Shown: positions 9,434-20,698, counted from the first letter of the stretch. The stretch is DNA of 64,000 bases from an uncultured Chloroflexia bacterium (GCA_963790955.1 CAWBQM010000003.1:227385-291384); one strand, 5' to 3'. Numbers and translations are program-made. Notes: generated from the sequence alone by a model not told the origin.

Positions 9434-10053
9434 ACGCCGGCGGCACGAGCGCCCCGCTGGGCGGCGCCAGGCAGGCGGTCGTCGAGCGTACGACGCGCGA
9501 GACGACGGTGACCGTCCGGCTCGACCTCGATGGCGACGGCACCACCGACATTGCGACGGGTCTCGGCTTCTACGATCACCTGCTCGCATCGCTCGCCCAT
9601 CACGCGCAGTTCGATCTCGAGATCCACGCACACGGCGATCTCGCGGTGGACGAGCACCACACCGTCGAGGATGTCGCGCTCGTGCTCGGGCAGGCGCTCG
9701 CGCAGGCCCTCGGCGACCGCGTCGGGATCGTGCGCTTCGGCGATGCCCGAGTGCCGATGGACGAGTCCCTTGCCGGCGCGGTGGTCGACGTCGGCGGCCG
9801 CCCGTACGCGGTCATCGAGCTGCCCTTCCGTGGCGATCGCGTCGGTGGACTACCGCTGCAGCTCGTCGAGCACGCCGTCGAGGCCCTGGCCAGGACCGCC
9901 GGCGCGACGATCCACCTCGCTGGCAGCGGCCGGAACGACCATCACCTTGCCGAGGCCGCATTCAAGGCGCTCGGTCGGGCACTGCGCGCCGGGGTCGCCC
10001 GCGACGCCCGACGGGCCGGCTCGGCGGCCTCGACGAAGGGCGTCCTGGGGTGA
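9430..10053 (+). CDS. hisB: Imidazoleglycerol-phosphate dehydratase (monofunctional)
   Basis: RTTRET, FYDHLL, DEHHTVED, VPMDE, NDHHLAEAAFKA, STKG. Confidence 0.96.
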   Translation: MNAGGTSAPLGGARQAVVERTTRETTVTVRLDLDGDGTTDIATGLGFYDHLLASLAHHAQFDLEIHAHGDLAVDEHHTVEDVALVLGQALAQALGDRVGIVRFGDARVPMDESLAGAVVDVGGRPYAVIELPFRGDRVGGLPLQLVEHAVEALARTAGATIHLAGSGRNDHHLAEAAFKALGRALRAGVARDARRAGSAASTKGVLG

Positions 10054-10814
10054 GCGCCCAGGCCGTCGGCATCGAGGACGGGCGCCGCCCCCGGGTCGCG
10101 ATCGTCGACTACGGCGCCGGCAACCTCGTGTCGATCGGTCATGCCCTCAGCAACTGCGGGGCGGACGCCGTCGTCGCTCGCGACGCGGCCCAGATTCGCG
10201 CCGCCGATGGCCTCGTCGTGCCCGGCGTCGGCGCGGCGGGCCCGGCCATGGCGCGCCTGGCCCGGCGGCGCCTGATCGATCCGATCCTGGCCTGGGTCGC
10301 CGCCGATCGGCCGTTCCTCGGAATCTGCCTCGGGCTGCAGCTCCTGTTCGAGGCCAGCGACGAGGACGGTGCCGTCACGCTCGGTGTCATCCCCGGCCGG
10401 TCGTCGATCCTCGCCGACGCCCCGACCTTGCCGCACATCGGCTGGAATCAGGTGGAGCGCGAGCGCGAGCACGACCTGTTCTCCGGCATCGCCGACGCGG
10501 CGGATTTCTACTTCGTCCACTCGTACGCGGGCGTGCCCGCAGGCCGCGGCCCGGACGTCACGCTCGCGCGCACGAGCCACGGTCGATCCTTCGTGAGCGC
10601 GATCGCGGTGCGCTCGGTCCTGGGCGTCCAGTTTCACCCCGAGCGCAGTGGCAGCGACGGCCTGCGCTTGCTGGCGAACTTCGTCGGGATCGTGGGCGGG
10701 CGCGATCCGGAGCGGGCCGCCGATGAACGCTCGACGTCCAGCGAGCGAGTCGGCGTGTCCGGACGGTCGAACCCGCGAGTCGCGCTCGCCGCCGGCCGGG
10801 GCTCGACGCGCTGA
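10050..10814 (+). CDS. hisH: IGP synthase glutaminase subunit
   Basis: DYGAGNL, PGVG, GICLGLQ, PHIGWN, FYFVHSY, QFHPERS; GTGA overlap with hisB. Confidence 0.95.
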   Translation: MSAQAVGIEDGRRPRVAIVDYGAGNLVSIGHALSNCGADAVVARDAAQIRAADGLVVPGVGAAGPAMARLARRRLIDPILAWVAADRPFLGICLGLQLLFEASDEDGAVTLGVIPGRSSILADAPTLPHIGWNQVEREREHDLFSGIADAADFYFVHSYAGVPAGRGPDVTLARTSHGRSFVSAIAVRSVLGVQFHPERSGSDGLRLLANFVGIVGGRDPERAADERSTSSERVGVSGRSNPRVALAAGRGSTR

Positions 10815-11599
10815 TGCTCCGGCGACGCGTCATTCCGTGCCTCGACGTGGCCTCGGGCCGGGTCGTCAAGGGCACCCGTTTCGTGGACCTCGTCGACGAG
10901 GGCGATCCGCCGGAGCTCGCCGAACGCTACGCGCGCGAGGGCGCCGACGAGATCGTGTTCCTCGACATCACGGCCGCGCCCGAGGGACGGGGCACCCTGC
11001 TCGACGTCGTCGAGCGGACGGCGCGTCGGGCGTTCATCCCGCTCACCGTCGGCGGCGGTGTCCGCAGCGTACGCGACATGCGCGACGTCCTGCGCGCGGG
11101 CGCGGACAAGGTCTCGCTCAACACCGCGGCTGTGGCCGACCCTGGCCTCGTGCGACGCTGTGCGACACGCTTCGGGCGCCAGGCAGTGGTGGTCGCGATC
11201 GACGCGCGCCGGCGGGCGGAGCCGCCCACGGCAGACGCCCGACCCGCCTGGCAGGTCGTGGTCAAGGGCGGCCGACAGGCGACCGATCTCGACGCGGTGG
11301 CCTGGGCACGCCGGGCGGTCGAGCTCGGCGCGGGCGAGCTGCTCGTCACGTCGATGGATCGCGACGGCACGCGCTCCGGCTACGACGTCGAGCTGCTGGC
11401 CGCGATCAGCGCCTGTGTCCGGGTGCCGGTCATCGCATCGGGCGGCGCCGCGGGACCGGCCGACTTCGTCGCCGCGGTGCGAGATGGCGGCGCGGATGCG
11501 GTGCTGGCGGCCTCGATCTTCCACCGGCGCCTGCACTCCATCGCGGACGCCAAGGCGGCCATGGCCGCCGCCGGCCTGCCCGTCCGGCTCGCGGTATGA
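10814..11599 (+). CDS. hisF: IGP synthase cyclase subunit
   Basis: [46 protein letters not shown]. Confidence 0.97.
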   Translation: MLRRRVIPCLDVASGRVVKGTRFVDLVDEGDPPELAERYAREGADEIVFLDITAAPEGRGTLLDVVERTARRAFIPLTVGGGVRSVRDMRDVLRAGADKVSLNTAAVADPGLVRRCATRFGRQAVVVAIDARRRAEPPTADARPAWQVVVKGGRQATDLDAVAWARRAVELGAGELLVTSMDRDGTRSGYDVELLAAISACVRVPVIASGGAAGPADFVAAVRDGGADAVLAASIFHRRLHSIADAKAAMAAAGLPVRLAV

Positions 11600-12300
11600 C
11601 CGATCCCGCGACGGATGCCCGGACGCCGCCGGGTCGTGCGCTGCGGGTCGATCCCTCGCGCGTCCGATTCGGCCCGGACGGCCTCGTCCCGGCCATCGTT
11701 CAGGACGCCCTCGACGGACGCGTGCTGATGGTGGCGTTCATGGACGCCGAGGCGCTCGGCGCGACGCTCGCGACCGGCGAGGTGCACTTCCACTCGCGCA
11801 GCCGTGACCGGCTGTGGCGCAAGGGCGAGACGTCGGGCAATATCCTCCGTCTGCGCGGCATCGCGCTCGACTGCGACGCCGACGCGATCCTCGTCGAGGC
11901 CGAGCCGGCCGGTCCGACGTGCCACCGCGGCACCCGGAGCTGCTTCGATGCCGACGGTGCACCGGCCACACCCGACAGCCAGGGCTTCGCGTGGCTCGAG
12001 ACGTTGTGGGCGACGATCGACGAGCGCGCCGCGCTCCGACCGGCCGGCTCGTACACGGCACAGCTGCTCGACGCCGGGGTCGACGCCACTGGCCGCAAGG
12101 TGACCGAGGAGGCGACCGAGGTCCTCATTGCCGCCAAGAACGACGCGGCGGCCGGCGCCGAGCCGAACGCGACCGAGACCAGGATGGCCCTCGCGGGTGA
12201 GACCGCCGACCTGCTGTATCACACGCTCGTGCTCCTGGCCGAGCGCGGCTTGGAGCCGGCCGAGGTCATCGACGTCCTGCGCGAGCGCCACGCGTCCTAG
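11596..12300 (+). CDS. hisIE: Bifunctional PR-AMP cyclohydrolase/PR-ATP pyrophosphatase
   Basis: [48 protein letters not shown]. Confidence 0.95.
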   Translation: MTDPATDARTPPGRALRVDPSRVRFGPDGLVPAIVQDALDGRVLMVAFMDAEALGATLATGEVHFHSRSRDRLWRKGETSGNILRLRGIALDCDADAILVEAEPAGPTCHRGTRSCFDADGAPATPDSQGFAWLETLWATIDERAALRPAGSYTAQLLDAGVDATGRKVTEEATEVLIAAKNDAAAGAEPNATETRMALAGETADLLYHTLVLLAERGLEPAEVIDVLRERHAS

Positions 12301-12369
12301 AGGGCCGAGGCTTGCCACCCTCGACGTCGATACCGGGCATCATCCTCCGAGGCCTGCGCTCCCGGAGCA

Positions 12370-13761
12370 TCAGTCCGACGATCGACGCCGCCCGATGCGC
12401 AGATTGCGCCGTCCGACCCGAAGCACGAGCCAGCGCCCATCAACGGGTGCGGGCACGGGCGTGTGCCAGGCGGCGATGCGCACGTCGTTGATCGTCAGTG
12501 CCCCGTTGGCGATCTGGCGACGGGCATCGCCGTTCGAGCCGAACGCGCCCGCCGCCACCGCCAGCGGCCCGGCGCCGGCACCGAGCTGCGTATCCGCGAA
12601 CTCGAAGCGTGGCAGCTCGCCGTAGAGGGTCTCGAGCACCGCGGGATCGCGGATCGGCTCGCGCGAGAATGCCGCCTCCGACGCCGATCGCGCCCGATCG
12701 GCCGCCTCGACGCCGTGGGTCCGCGCGGTCACGTCGTACGCGAGCCGGCGCTGGCCCTCGCGCGCTTCCGGGCGCGTCTCGATCGCCGCCTCGAGCTCGG
12801 CGATCTCCTCCCGAGAGAACAGCGTGAACCAACGCAGATACAGTGCCGCGTCGCGATCGTCGGTGTTGATCCAGTACTGGTAGAAGGCGAACGGGCTGGT
12901 CATGGTCGGGTCGAGCCAGATCGAATTGCCGGCCTCGCTCTTGCCGAACTTCGTGCCTGACGGCGCCAGCAGCAGCGGATACGCGAGCCCGTGGGCGCGT
13001 TCCTCGCCCGCGCGCTCCTCGTCCACGCCCTTGCCTGGTGGCTCGGCCGCCGGGGCGTCGGTGAGCGGCGCGCCGCTCGTCCGACGGATCAGCTCCAGTC
13101 CGGCGGTGATATTGCCCCACTGATCGGCGCCGCCCATCTGGAGCTCGACATCCATCGTCCGATGCAGGTGCTCGAAGTCGTGTGCCTGCAGGAGCATGTA
13201 GCTGAACTCCGTGAAGCTCAGCCCGCGCTCCAGGCGCAGCTGCACCGACTCCTTCGCGAGCATGTACGGCACGGTGAAGTGCGTGCCCACGTCGCGCAGG
13301 AACTCGATCAGCCCGACCTTGCCGAGCCAGTCCAGGTTGTTGGCCATGACCGCGGCCCTGGGACCCGGACTGAAGTCGAGAAACCGCTCGAGCTGGCGAC
13401 GTATCGCGCCGACATTCGCCTCGAGGGTCACGGCATCGAGGAGGTTACGCTCGGACGAGCGCCCCGACGGGTCACCGATCATGCCCGTGCCGCCGCCAAC
13501 GAGCGCCACCGGTCGACCGCCGTGACGCTGGAACTGGAGCAGACCGAAGATGGGGACGAGGTGGCCCACGTGCAGGGATGGGCCGCTGGGATCGAAGCCG
13601 TTGTAGCCGGCGATCGGCCGATTCGTGGCCAAGCGAGCGTCCAGGCCCGGTGTCGTGGCGTGCAGCATGCCCCGCCAGCGCAGCTCGCCGAGGAGCGAGT
13701 CGAGACGCGCCGGCTCGACCGTGTCGGGCGCGGCCGAGCCGCCCGTCACGGGGGCGGACAC
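12370..13761 (-). CDS. tyrS: Tyrosine--tRNA ligase
   Basis: YNGFDPS, HVGH, IGDPSG, QMGGADQWGNI, KFGKS and C-terminal S4 domain. Start is GTG 13761 or 13749. Confidence 0.95.
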   Translation of the reverse strand: MSAPVTGGSAAPDTVEPARLDSLLGELRWRGMLHATTPGLDARLATNRPIAGYNGFDPSGPSLHVGHLVPIFGLLQFQRHGGRPVALVGGGTGMIGDPSGRSSERNLLDAVTLEANVGAIRRQLERFLDFSPGPRAAVMANNLDWLGKVGLIEFLRDVGTHFTVPYMLAKESVQLRLERGLSFTEFSYMLLQAHDFEHLHRTMDVELQMGGADQWGNITAGLELIRRTSGAPLTDAPAAEPPGKGVDEERAGEERAHGLAYPLLLAPSGTKFGKSEAGNSIWLDPTMTSPFAFYQYWINTDDRDAALYLRWFTLFSREEIAELEAAIETRPEAREGQRRLAYDVTARTHGVEAADRARSASEAAFSREPIRDPAVLETLYGELPRFEFADTQLGAGAGPLAVAAGAFGSNGDARRQIANGALTINDVRIAAWHTPVPAPVDGRWLVLRVGRRNLRIGRRRSSD

Positions 13762-13830
13762 GTCACAGCGGTAGGTGCCGGACCGTCTCGGCCCGACGGG
13801 ACAGGGAGCACCCGATTCATCGTTCCCCCA

Positions 13831-13839
13831 TGCTATCGT
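13831..13839 (+). promoter_or_regulatory. Extended -10 element (TGn-TATCGT) for the PBP gene, overlapping a divergent TAGCAT -10 toward tyrS
   Basis: TGCTATCGT lies 10 nt upstream of ATG 13850. The same TGC-TANNNT pattern recurs before cvpA, infC and tRNA-Val. Confidence 0.55.
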
Positions 13840-13849
13840 GCGGCCCGAC

Positions 13850-16549
13850 ATGCAAACCAGCCTGGCGCGGCGGCAGCGCCATCGCCGTATCGGCAATGGC
13901 AGGCACCGCCGGCCGAGCGGGACGGCGCGCAACATCTCGATCGCCATTCCGCTGTTCCTCTTCGGCAGTTTCGTCGTCGCGGGTCTCGTCGGCCTGGTCG
14001 GTGCCGTCGCCGCGTACAACTACTACAGCCAGGGCCTCGCCGACCCGCGGACCGCGCTCGATCAGCTGACCTTCGATCAGCAGACGGTCGTGTACGACCG
14101 GACGGGCAAGATCGAACTGGCCCGCTTCGGGGCGGCCAGGCGCGAGGTCGTCAGCTTCGACCAGATCCCGCCGGAAATGGTCGACGCGACGACCGCGATC
14201 GAAGACAAGACATTCTGGGAGAACGGGGGCTTTGACCCGGGCGGCATCATCTCGGCCGCACTCGACACCGCGCAAGGCAACGCCCGTGGCGCCTCGACGA
14301 TCACGCAGCAGCTCGTGCGTCAGCGCCTCCTGCCACAAGCCGTCCTGACGGGTCCGACGTACGAACGAAAGATCAAGGAGATCATCCAGTCGGTGCGCCT
14401 CACCCAGGATTACTCGGGTCCTGAGGGCAAGCAGGCGATCATCACTGCCTATCTCAACCAGAACTTCTACGGCAACCTGAGCTACGGCGTCGCGGCCGCC
14501 GCGCAGGGCTACTTCGGCAAGCCCCTCGCGAAGCTCGACCTGGCGCAGATGGCAATCCTGGCCGGCATTCCCCAGTCGCCGACCAAGTTCGACCTCATGC
14601 GCAACGCGGTCGAGGAATGCACCGTCGAGGTCAAGGCCGGCGCGGACTGCCCGTCGGACAAGACCCAGCTCGTCGTGCCGTCCACGAGCGAGATCGTCCA
14701 ACGTCGCAACTACATTCTCGGGCTCATGGAAACGCGCTCGCGACTGTCGGGCTCGAAGCACACGGCCGACGAGTACGAAGCCGCCAAGCAGGAGCCGGCG
14801 GTGCTCATGCCGCCTCCGGCCCAGCTCTGGAAAGCGGCCCAGTTCGTGTGGCAGGTTCGCCAGCAGCTCGGCAGCCTCCTGTGCGGGCCCGATCAGGCGA
14901 CGACCTGCGAGGCCGTCGACACGGGCGGCTATCACGTCACCACGACGCTCGACTGGTCGATGCAGCAAGTCGTGGACAAATGGGTGTACGTGTCCGCGCG
15001 CGGCCCGAACGCGAGCAGTCCGAGCGCCCTCTATCGGGCCTACAAGATCCCGAGCGCCGATCAGCGTGGCTGGCTCGCGAACCTGCGCAAGGAGGACATC
15101 AACAATGCCGCCTCGGCGGTGGCCGATGCCCGTACCGGCCAGATCCTGGCCTATGCCGGCTCGGCCAGCTACACGGCCAAGGGCAACAAGAAGTTCCAGC
15201 CCCAGTGGGACGTCCTGTCGGACAGCTGGCGCCAGCCCGGATCGGCGATCAAGCCCGTCGACTACAGCATCGGGATCGACGACCACACGTTCACGGCGGC
15301 GACGATGTTCATGGACGTCGTGACGGACTTCGGCAACAACTACACGCCGACGCAGGCCGACAAGCTCGAGCGCGGCCCGGTGCGGCTGCGCGAGGCACTC
15401 CAGTTCTCGCTCAACATCCCCGCGATCAAGGCCGGCTTCTACAACGGGCTCCAGCACCAGCTCGACCGGACCAAGGACTTCGGCATCAACTACCTGCCCA
15501 AGACGGTCGGGGTGGCGTCCGAAAGCATTGGCACGCTCGGGATGCACCCGATCGACCTGCTGGGCGCGTACACGGCCATCGCCAACGGCGGCGAGCTCAT
15601 GCCGCGCACGATGATCCTCAAGGTGACCGATGCCAGCGGTAACCAGGTCTGGCCGGCTGCCGGCGCGAAGGCTCCCTCGGGCAAGCAGGTCGTCAGCCCC
15701 CAGACGGCATACATCATCTCGGACATCCTGTCGGGCAACACCAATCCCAAGGTCAACCCGTACTGGGGTGAATGGGACATCGTCGATGGCAGCCACCGAC
15801 GCGACGCGGCGTACAAGACCGGCACGACATCGGACACGCGCGACGTGGCGGCGTATGGCTTCCTGGCGCCGCCCAAGAGCAGCAAGGATCCGCAGCTCGT
15901 GGTCGGCGTGTGGATGGGCAACAGCGACAACACGCCGACCGGCAGCCTCTCGCTCGATTTGGCCGCACCGCTGTGGAGCCGGATCATGCGTGGGGTGAGC
16001 ACGGGCGAACCCTCCGCCACGTTCGAGGCGTCGAAACCGAGCGGCCTCGTGAGCGCCAAGGTCGACGCCTACAGCGGCATGAAGCCCGGATCGTTCACCA
16101 CGCGGACGATCAGCGAGCTGTTCATCAAGGGCACCGCGCCGACAGAGATCGACAACACCAAGGTCGGCATCGACATCGACGCCGCGACCGGCGACCGGTG
16201 GGCCGACGGCTGTGCCGGCCCGATGGTCACCCGCGGGTTCCTCGATTTCTCGAACGTCGAGCCCAACTACCCCAAGTGGGCCCGGTACACCCGCAACTGG
16301 GCCGCCCGCGCGGCGGCCGGCATGCGCCGTGGCGGGCCGGAAGGCACGCGACCGACGTACTTCTACGGCGGCTTCTACCCATTCGGCCGCACCTTCGGAG
16401 CGTCGTTTGCGCCCAGCAAGCACTGCAGCCCGCCGCCACCACCCTCGCCCAGCCCGCCCGTGTGCGATCCCATCACGGGGATCTGCGAGTCGCCGACGCC
16501 GTCGGGGTCACCGCAGCCCACCCCGAAGCCGAGCAAGGGCAAGCCCTGA
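13850..16549 (+). CDS. Class A penicillin-binding protein (transglycosylase/transpeptidase)
   Basis: TM anchor; GT51 motifs AIEDKTF, GASTITQQL, RKIKE, YLN; transpeptidase motifs SAIK, SLN, KTG; Pro-rich tail. Confidence 0.93.
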   Translation: MQTSLARRQRHRRIGNGRHRRPSGTARNISIAIPLFLFGSFVVAGLVGLVGAVAAYNYYSQGLADPRTALDQLTFDQQTVVYDRTGKIELARFGAARREVVSFDQIPPEMVDATTAIEDKTFWENGGFDPGGIISAALDTAQGNARGASTITQQLVRQRLLPQAVLTGPTYERKIKEIIQSVRLTQDYSGPEGKQAIITAYLNQNFYGNLSYGVAAAAQGYFGKPLAKLDLAQMAILAGIPQSPTKFDLMRNAVEECTVEVKAGADCPSDKTQLVVPSTSEIVQRRNYILGLMETRSRLSGSKHTADEYEAAKQEPAVLMPPPAQLWKAAQFVWQVRQQLGSLLCGPDQATTCEAVDTGGYHVTTTLDWSMQQVVDKWVYVSARGPNASSPSALYRAYKIPSADQRGWLANLRKEDINNAASAVADARTGQILAYAGSASYTAKGNKKFQPQWDVLSDSWRQPGSAIKPVDYSIGIDDHTFTAATMFMDVVTDFGNNYTPTQADKLERGPVRLREALQFSLNIPAIKAGFYNGLQHQLDRTKDFGINYLPKTVGVASESIGTLGMHPIDLLGAYTAIANGGELMPRTMILKVTDASGNQVWPAAGAKAPSGKQVVSPQTAYIISDILSGNTNPKVNPYWGEWDIVDGSHRRDAAYKTGTTSDTRDVAAYGFLAPPKSSKDPQLVVGVWMGNSDNTPTGSLSLDLAAPLWSRIMRGVSTGEPSATFEASKPSGLVSAKVDAYSGMKPGSFTTRTISELFIKGTAPTEIDNTKVGIDIDAATGDRWADGCAGPMVTRGFLDFSNVEPNYPKWARYTRNWAARAAAGMRRGGPEGTRPTYFYGGFYPFGRTFGASFAPSKHCSPPPPPSPSPPVCDPITGICESPTPSGSPQPTPKPSKGKP

Positions 16550-16715
16550 TCCAAGGACGGCCGCCAGTTGCCGCCACGCGACCCGCACGATGCGCCCAAC
16601 GACTGAACGGATCGTTGTAACGTCGGCGCGAGTCGTCGCGAGCGGCCCGTTCCGCCGCCCGTATCGAGTCGGCCAGCAGGCGGCCCGTCGACGCAACCGC
16701 AGCGGCCGTCCGCGC

Positions 16716-19127
16716 TCAGAGTGCGACGATCGTTGCCCCGTCACCGCCCTGCGAGCGATCAGCCGGCGCCACGCCCTGGACGAGCGGATGCGCCGCTGCG
16801 CTCGCGCGGACGGCATCGCGCAATGCGCCCGTGCCAAGTCCGTGGACGATCGTGACCCGGTCCAGGCCGGCCAATGAGGCGTCCTCGAGATAGCGCTCGA
16901 GGGCCTGAATTGCCTCCTCGACGCGCGCGCCGCGCAGATCGAGCGAGGATGCCACCGAACGAGCCCGGCCGAGCTGCAGGGCTGCGACGCTCGTGCCGCC
17001 GTTCTGTTCGCCCGACCCACGCTGCGGAGCGCCGGTCCCGGCGCCCGTCTCGCGCCGGCCGCCACCCGCCGGCGTCGCGGACATGCCGGCCGTCGCCAGC
17101 GCAGGCACCAGGTCGGACACCTCGACGCTGACCCGCAGGCCGCCGCTCTCGAGCGTCGCCCGGCGGCCGGCACGATCGATCGCAGCGATGCGACCTTCGA
17201 ATTCACCGCCGCGGCTGCGTGCCCGCTCCCCCACCCGCCAGTGGTGGGCCTCGGTCGGCTCCGCCGGCAAGGCCGCGGGCTGCTCGGGCTGGGGCAGCTG
17301 CGCCAGACCGATATCGGCCTGTGCGAGGCTCGCGTCCAGTGTCGGCGCCGTGAGCGTCTCGCGTTCCAGCCGCCGGCGCGTCGCGACCAGCTCGTCGCGC
17401 AGCGTGTCGACGACACGCTCGGCCTCGGCTCGGGCCACGCGGACCGCCTCCTCGCGCTCGCGCCGTGCGCGACGCCGCTCGTCATCGGCCGCCCGGAGGG
17501 CATCCGCCGCGCGCAGCTCGGCCGCCCGCGCCCGGTCGAGGGCTTCGGCCGTCTCGCCTTCGGTGGCCCGGATCGACGCGAGCGTCGCCTCGAACGCTCG
17601 CTGGTTCTCGGTCAGGCGCGAGCGGGCGTCGGCCACGATGGCGTCCGGCAGACCGAGCCGCTCGGCGATCGCGAACGCCTGGCTGCCACCCGGCAGGCCG
17701 ATCGTGAGGCGGTAGGTCGGGCTGAGCGTCTCGAGGTTGAACTCGACGGCCGCGTTGCGCGCCGCAGGCGTGTCATGGGCGTACGCTTTGAGCTCGGCGT
17801 AGTGGGTCGTGGCCGCGACGAGGGCGCCGGTTCGGATGAAGTGGTCGAGCAGTGCCTGGGCCAGCGCGGAGCCCTCCGTCGGGTCGGTGCCCGCGCCGAG
17901 CTCGTCGAGCAGCACGAGCGTGGCCGGGCCGGCTGCCTCGACAATCGAGGTGATCCGCCGCAGGTGACCCGAGAACGTCGAGAGCGACTGGGCGATTGAC
18001 TGCTCGTCGCCGATGTCGGCGAAGACGTCCCGGAATACCGGCAGCCGGCTGCCCGCTTCGGCCGGGATGTGCAGACCCGACTGGTGCATGAGCGCGAGCA
18101 GTCCGAGCGTGCGCAGGGTCACCGTCTTGCCGCCGGTGTTCGGGCCCGTGACGACGAGCGCCGTATATCCCTCCCCGAGGCGCACATCGATCGGCACGAC
18201 GCGTCCGGTCAGGCCCGGATGGCGGGCACCGAGCAGCACGACCTCGACGCGATCGGTCGCCTCGGGCCGGATGGCCTCCATTTCGCTCGCCAGCTTCGCC
18301 TTCGCCGCCCAGAAGTCGAACCGAGCCAGCGCGTCGAGCGTCTCGCGCAGCGGCGTTGCGTTGGCGCCGACGAGCGCCGACAGCTGGTCGAGGATGCGTC
18401 CGATCTCCTCGTCGACCGCGGCCCGCGCCTCGCGCCAGGCGTTACCGAGCTCGACAGCGACGAGCGGCTCGACGAACAGGGTCTGGCCGCTGCCCGACGC
18501 GTCGTGGACGATGCCCTTGACCCGCGAGCGCGCCTCGGCCTTGATGGGCACCACATAGCGCCCGTTGCGCAGCGTGACGATGGGCTCTTGGAGCGCCCCG
18601 CCCAGCTCCGATCCGACGAGCGCGTCCAGACGCCGGCGCAGCCGGTCGTAGGCGATCCGGACGGCGGCGCGGAGGCCGCCAAGCGAGGGCGACGCCGTGT
18701 CCAGCAGCTCGCCGGTCGGGTCGAAGCTGCGCGCGAGCGTGCTCCGCAGCGCCGGCAGAGGGTGGAGTGCCCGACCGAGCTCGCGCAGCAGCGGGCGGCG
18801 CTCCTCCGACAGGGCCGTCGCCAACCGCGCGCTCGCGTCGAGCGTCTCGGCGATCTCACCGAAGTGCTCGGGCTCCAGGCGTCCGGCGCGCGCGGCCCGG
18901 TCGACCCAGGGCCCGATGTCGTGGGCGGAACCGATCCCGACCGAAGGGTGCTCGCTCAGGAGGCCACGCACCTGGTCGGTCTCCTCGAGGCCGCGCGCCA
19001 CGACGACCGGCTCGGCGGACGGCCTGAGCGCGGCCGCGAGGCGTCGGGACGGCTCGAACGAGGCCGCGGCCTCCAGCCGGGCGCGGATCAGGGGCAGCTC
19101 GAGGATCGCGGCGGAGCGTTCGTCCAT
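16716..19127 (-). CDS. mutS2: Endonuclease MutS2
   Basis: GIVHDASGSG.TLFVEP, TGPNTGGKT, IGDEQSIAQSLSTFSGH, LDELGAGTDP, TTHY; Smr domain LDLRG...VHGLGTG...GGDGAT. Confidence 0.95.
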   Translation of the reverse strand: MDERSAAILELPLIRARLEAAASFEPSRRLAAALRPSAEPVVVARGLEETDQVRGLLSEHPSVGIGSAHDIGPWVDRAARAGRLEPEHFGEIAETLDASARLATALSEERRPLLRELGRALHPLPALRSTLARSFDPTGELLDTASPSLGGLRAAVRIAYDRLRRRLDALVGSELGGALQEPIVTLRNGRYVVPIKAEARSRVKGIVHDASGSGQTLFVEPLVAVELGNAWREARAAVDEEIGRILDQLSALVGANATPLRETLDALARFDFWAAKAKLASEMEAIRPEATDRVEVVLLGARHPGLTGRVVPIDVRLGEGYTALVVTGPNTGGKTVTLRTLGLLALMHQSGLHIPAEAGSRLPVFRDVFADIGDEQSIAQSLSTFSGHLRRITSIVEAAGPATLVLLDELGAGTDPTEGSALAQALLDHFIRTGALVAATTHYAELKAYAHDTPAARNAAVEFNLETLSPTYRLTIGLPGGSQAFAIAERLGLPDAIVADARSRLTENQRAFEATLASIRATEGETAEALDRARAAELRAADALRAADDERRRARREREEAVRVARAEAERVVDTLRDELVATRRRLERETLTAPTLDASLAQADIGLAQLPQPEQPAALPAEPTEAHHWRVGERARSRGGEFEGRIAAIDRAGRRATLESGGLRVSVEVSDLVPALATAGMSATPAGGGRRETGAGTGAPQRGSGEQNGGTSVAALQLGRARSVASSLDLRGARVEEAIQALERYLEDASLAGLDRVTIVHGLGTGALRDAVRASAAAHPLVQGVAPADRSQGGDGATIVAL

Positions 19128-19135
19128 CGATCCGC

Positions 19136-19885
19136 TCAGCGACGACGGCCGGCCGGTTCGACCGACACGGCCGGGTGCCCGGCGAGCACGAAGCGCCACG
19201 GTCTGGCCGCCCAGTCCGGACCGGCGTAGTCGACGCCGATGCGCGGTGTCGCCGCGATCTCGGCCTCGGGCACGATGTCGTGCGCGGCCAGGATCCGGAG
19301 CGGCGATCCGGGCGCGAGCAGGTCCATCCCGGTCATGTCACGACCGATCGAGAAGGCGGCCGTCACGGCGCCCGGCCCGCTGGCAACGCGCGTCGCGGGC
19401 AACCGCTCCAGTCGCCGGGCGGCCGTCTCGCGCCGGGCCGCGTCCCAGGCACGATGGACGCGTCCTGCGTGCTCGATCCGCGCGGCGCGCATCGCGTCCA
19501 GACCGGAGCTCGGCTCGACGGCTCGGATCAGGACCGCGGCGGGCGATCCCTCCGGCTCGGTGACCACGTTCAGGCAGTCGTACATCCCGTAGACAAGGTA
19601 CACGTAGGCGACGCCGGGTGGCCCGTACATGACGGCGTTGCGGGTGGTCGGTCCGAAGCGCGCGTGCGAGGCCCGGTCCGCCTGCCCGATGTACGCCTCG
19701 ACCTCGACGATCCGGCCCGATCTGACCGCCCGCGACGCGCCGGCTTCGGACCCGGACGGGGCATCGGGGTCTCGAACGAGCACGGCGCCGAGCAGCGCAC
19801 GCGCCGCGGCCAGCGTCGGGCCGGCCAGGATCTCCCGCGCGAAGGACGTCCGGCGGCCCGGCTCCATCGGCCCTCTCGGCTCCAT
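19136..19885 (-). CDS. DNA-3-methyladenine glycosylase (MPG/AAG family)
   Basis: [41 protein letters not shown]; GGAGG SD before ATG 19885. Confidence 0.92.
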   Translation of the reverse strand: MEPRGPMEPGRRTSFAREILAGPTLAAARALLGAVLVRDPDAPSGSEAGASRAVRSGRIVEVEAYIGQADRASHARFGPTTRNAVMYGPPGVAYVYLVYGMYDCLNVVTEPEGSPAAVLIRAVEPSSGLDAMRAARIEHAGRVHRAWDAARRETAARRLERLPATRVASGPGAVTAAFSIGRDMTGMDLLAPGSPLRILAAHDIVPEAEIAATPRIGVDYAGPDWAARPWRFVLAGHPAVSVEPAGRRR

Positions 19886-19923
19886 CGCCTCCCCGGGCCG
19901 TCCGGGCCGACTCCAGCTCGCCG

Positions 19924-20514
19924 TCAGCCGCCCGATGGGAAGTAGTCGCGTACGGCCTGCGGGATCATGAACCCGAAGATGACGAAGAACGCGGGGATGA
20001 TCGCAGACCGGAACACGTCCGCGGTGACGCTGTTGTTGTAAGCATTGAACATGTCCCGCAGGATCGTCCACTCGTCGGGATCGGGCGCGATGCCAACCTG
20101 GCGGAAGAACGAATTCAGGATGACGATGACCGCGCCGATGATGAGCAGGGCCTGTACGAGGCCCAACAGGCCGCCCAGGATCTCATCGACGAAGTTGTAG
20201 CGATCGAACAGGGGCGTCCGCTTGTAGAAGCCCTGGATGACGACCGAGAACGCGACGCTGGCGGTCACGAATACGACCAGGTACGCGATCATGTAGCTGT
20301 AGTCGCGGGCGAATTGCGTCCAGTTCTGAGCGAGAAAGCCGCCCACCGGATCCCGCAGCTGGCTCGCAAGCAGGAACGAGAACAGGATCGCCGCGATGCC
20401 AAGCAGGCGCCGGATCGTGCCCTGGACGTAGCCGAGCACGAACATGCCGAACAGGAACAGGATCGTGAACAGGTCGAAGAGATTGATCGACCGGATGCTG
20501 TCGACGATATTCAC
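19924..20514 (-). CDS. cvpA: CvpA family membrane protein
   Basis: Four hydrophobic helices, [14 protein letters not shown]; GGAGG SD before GTG 20514; position upstream of mutS2 matches known synteny. Confidence 0.82.
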   Translation of the reverse strand: MNIVDSIRSINLFDLFTILFLFGMFVLGYVQGTIRRLLGIAAILFSFLLASQLRDPVGGFLAQNWTQFARDYSYMIAYLVVFVTASVAFSVVIQGFYKRTPLFDRYNFVDEILGGLLGLVQALLIIGAVIVILNSFFRQVGIAPDPDEWTILRDMFNAYNNSVTADVFRSAIIPAFFVIFGFMIPQAVRDYFPSGG

Positions 20515-20571
20515 GCGGCCTCCCCGATGCACGACGTCCCGGCGCGCCCCTCGGGTCCAGTCGGCGGCGGA

Positions 20572-20580
20572 AGCGTAGCA
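20572..20580 (-). promoter_or_regulatory. Extended -10 element (TGCTACGCT) upstream of cvpA
   Basis: Matches the recurring TGC-TANNNT pattern; 58 nt upstream of the start. Confidence 0.5.
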
Positions 20581-20698
20581 GCGGGCATCCGGCGCTCGCA
20601 ACTCGACCGGACCCGCCTCGAGCGCGCCGATCCGGCCCGGACCGCAACCGGACCGGCCAAGGCAGCGGCGCGGCCGCCCGCCGCCAGACTCGCAGCGC

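Noticed and set aside
20600-20660. Repeated ACCGGACC-like words between cvpA and pheT
   Set aside because: Short, irregular, low-complexity GC sequence.
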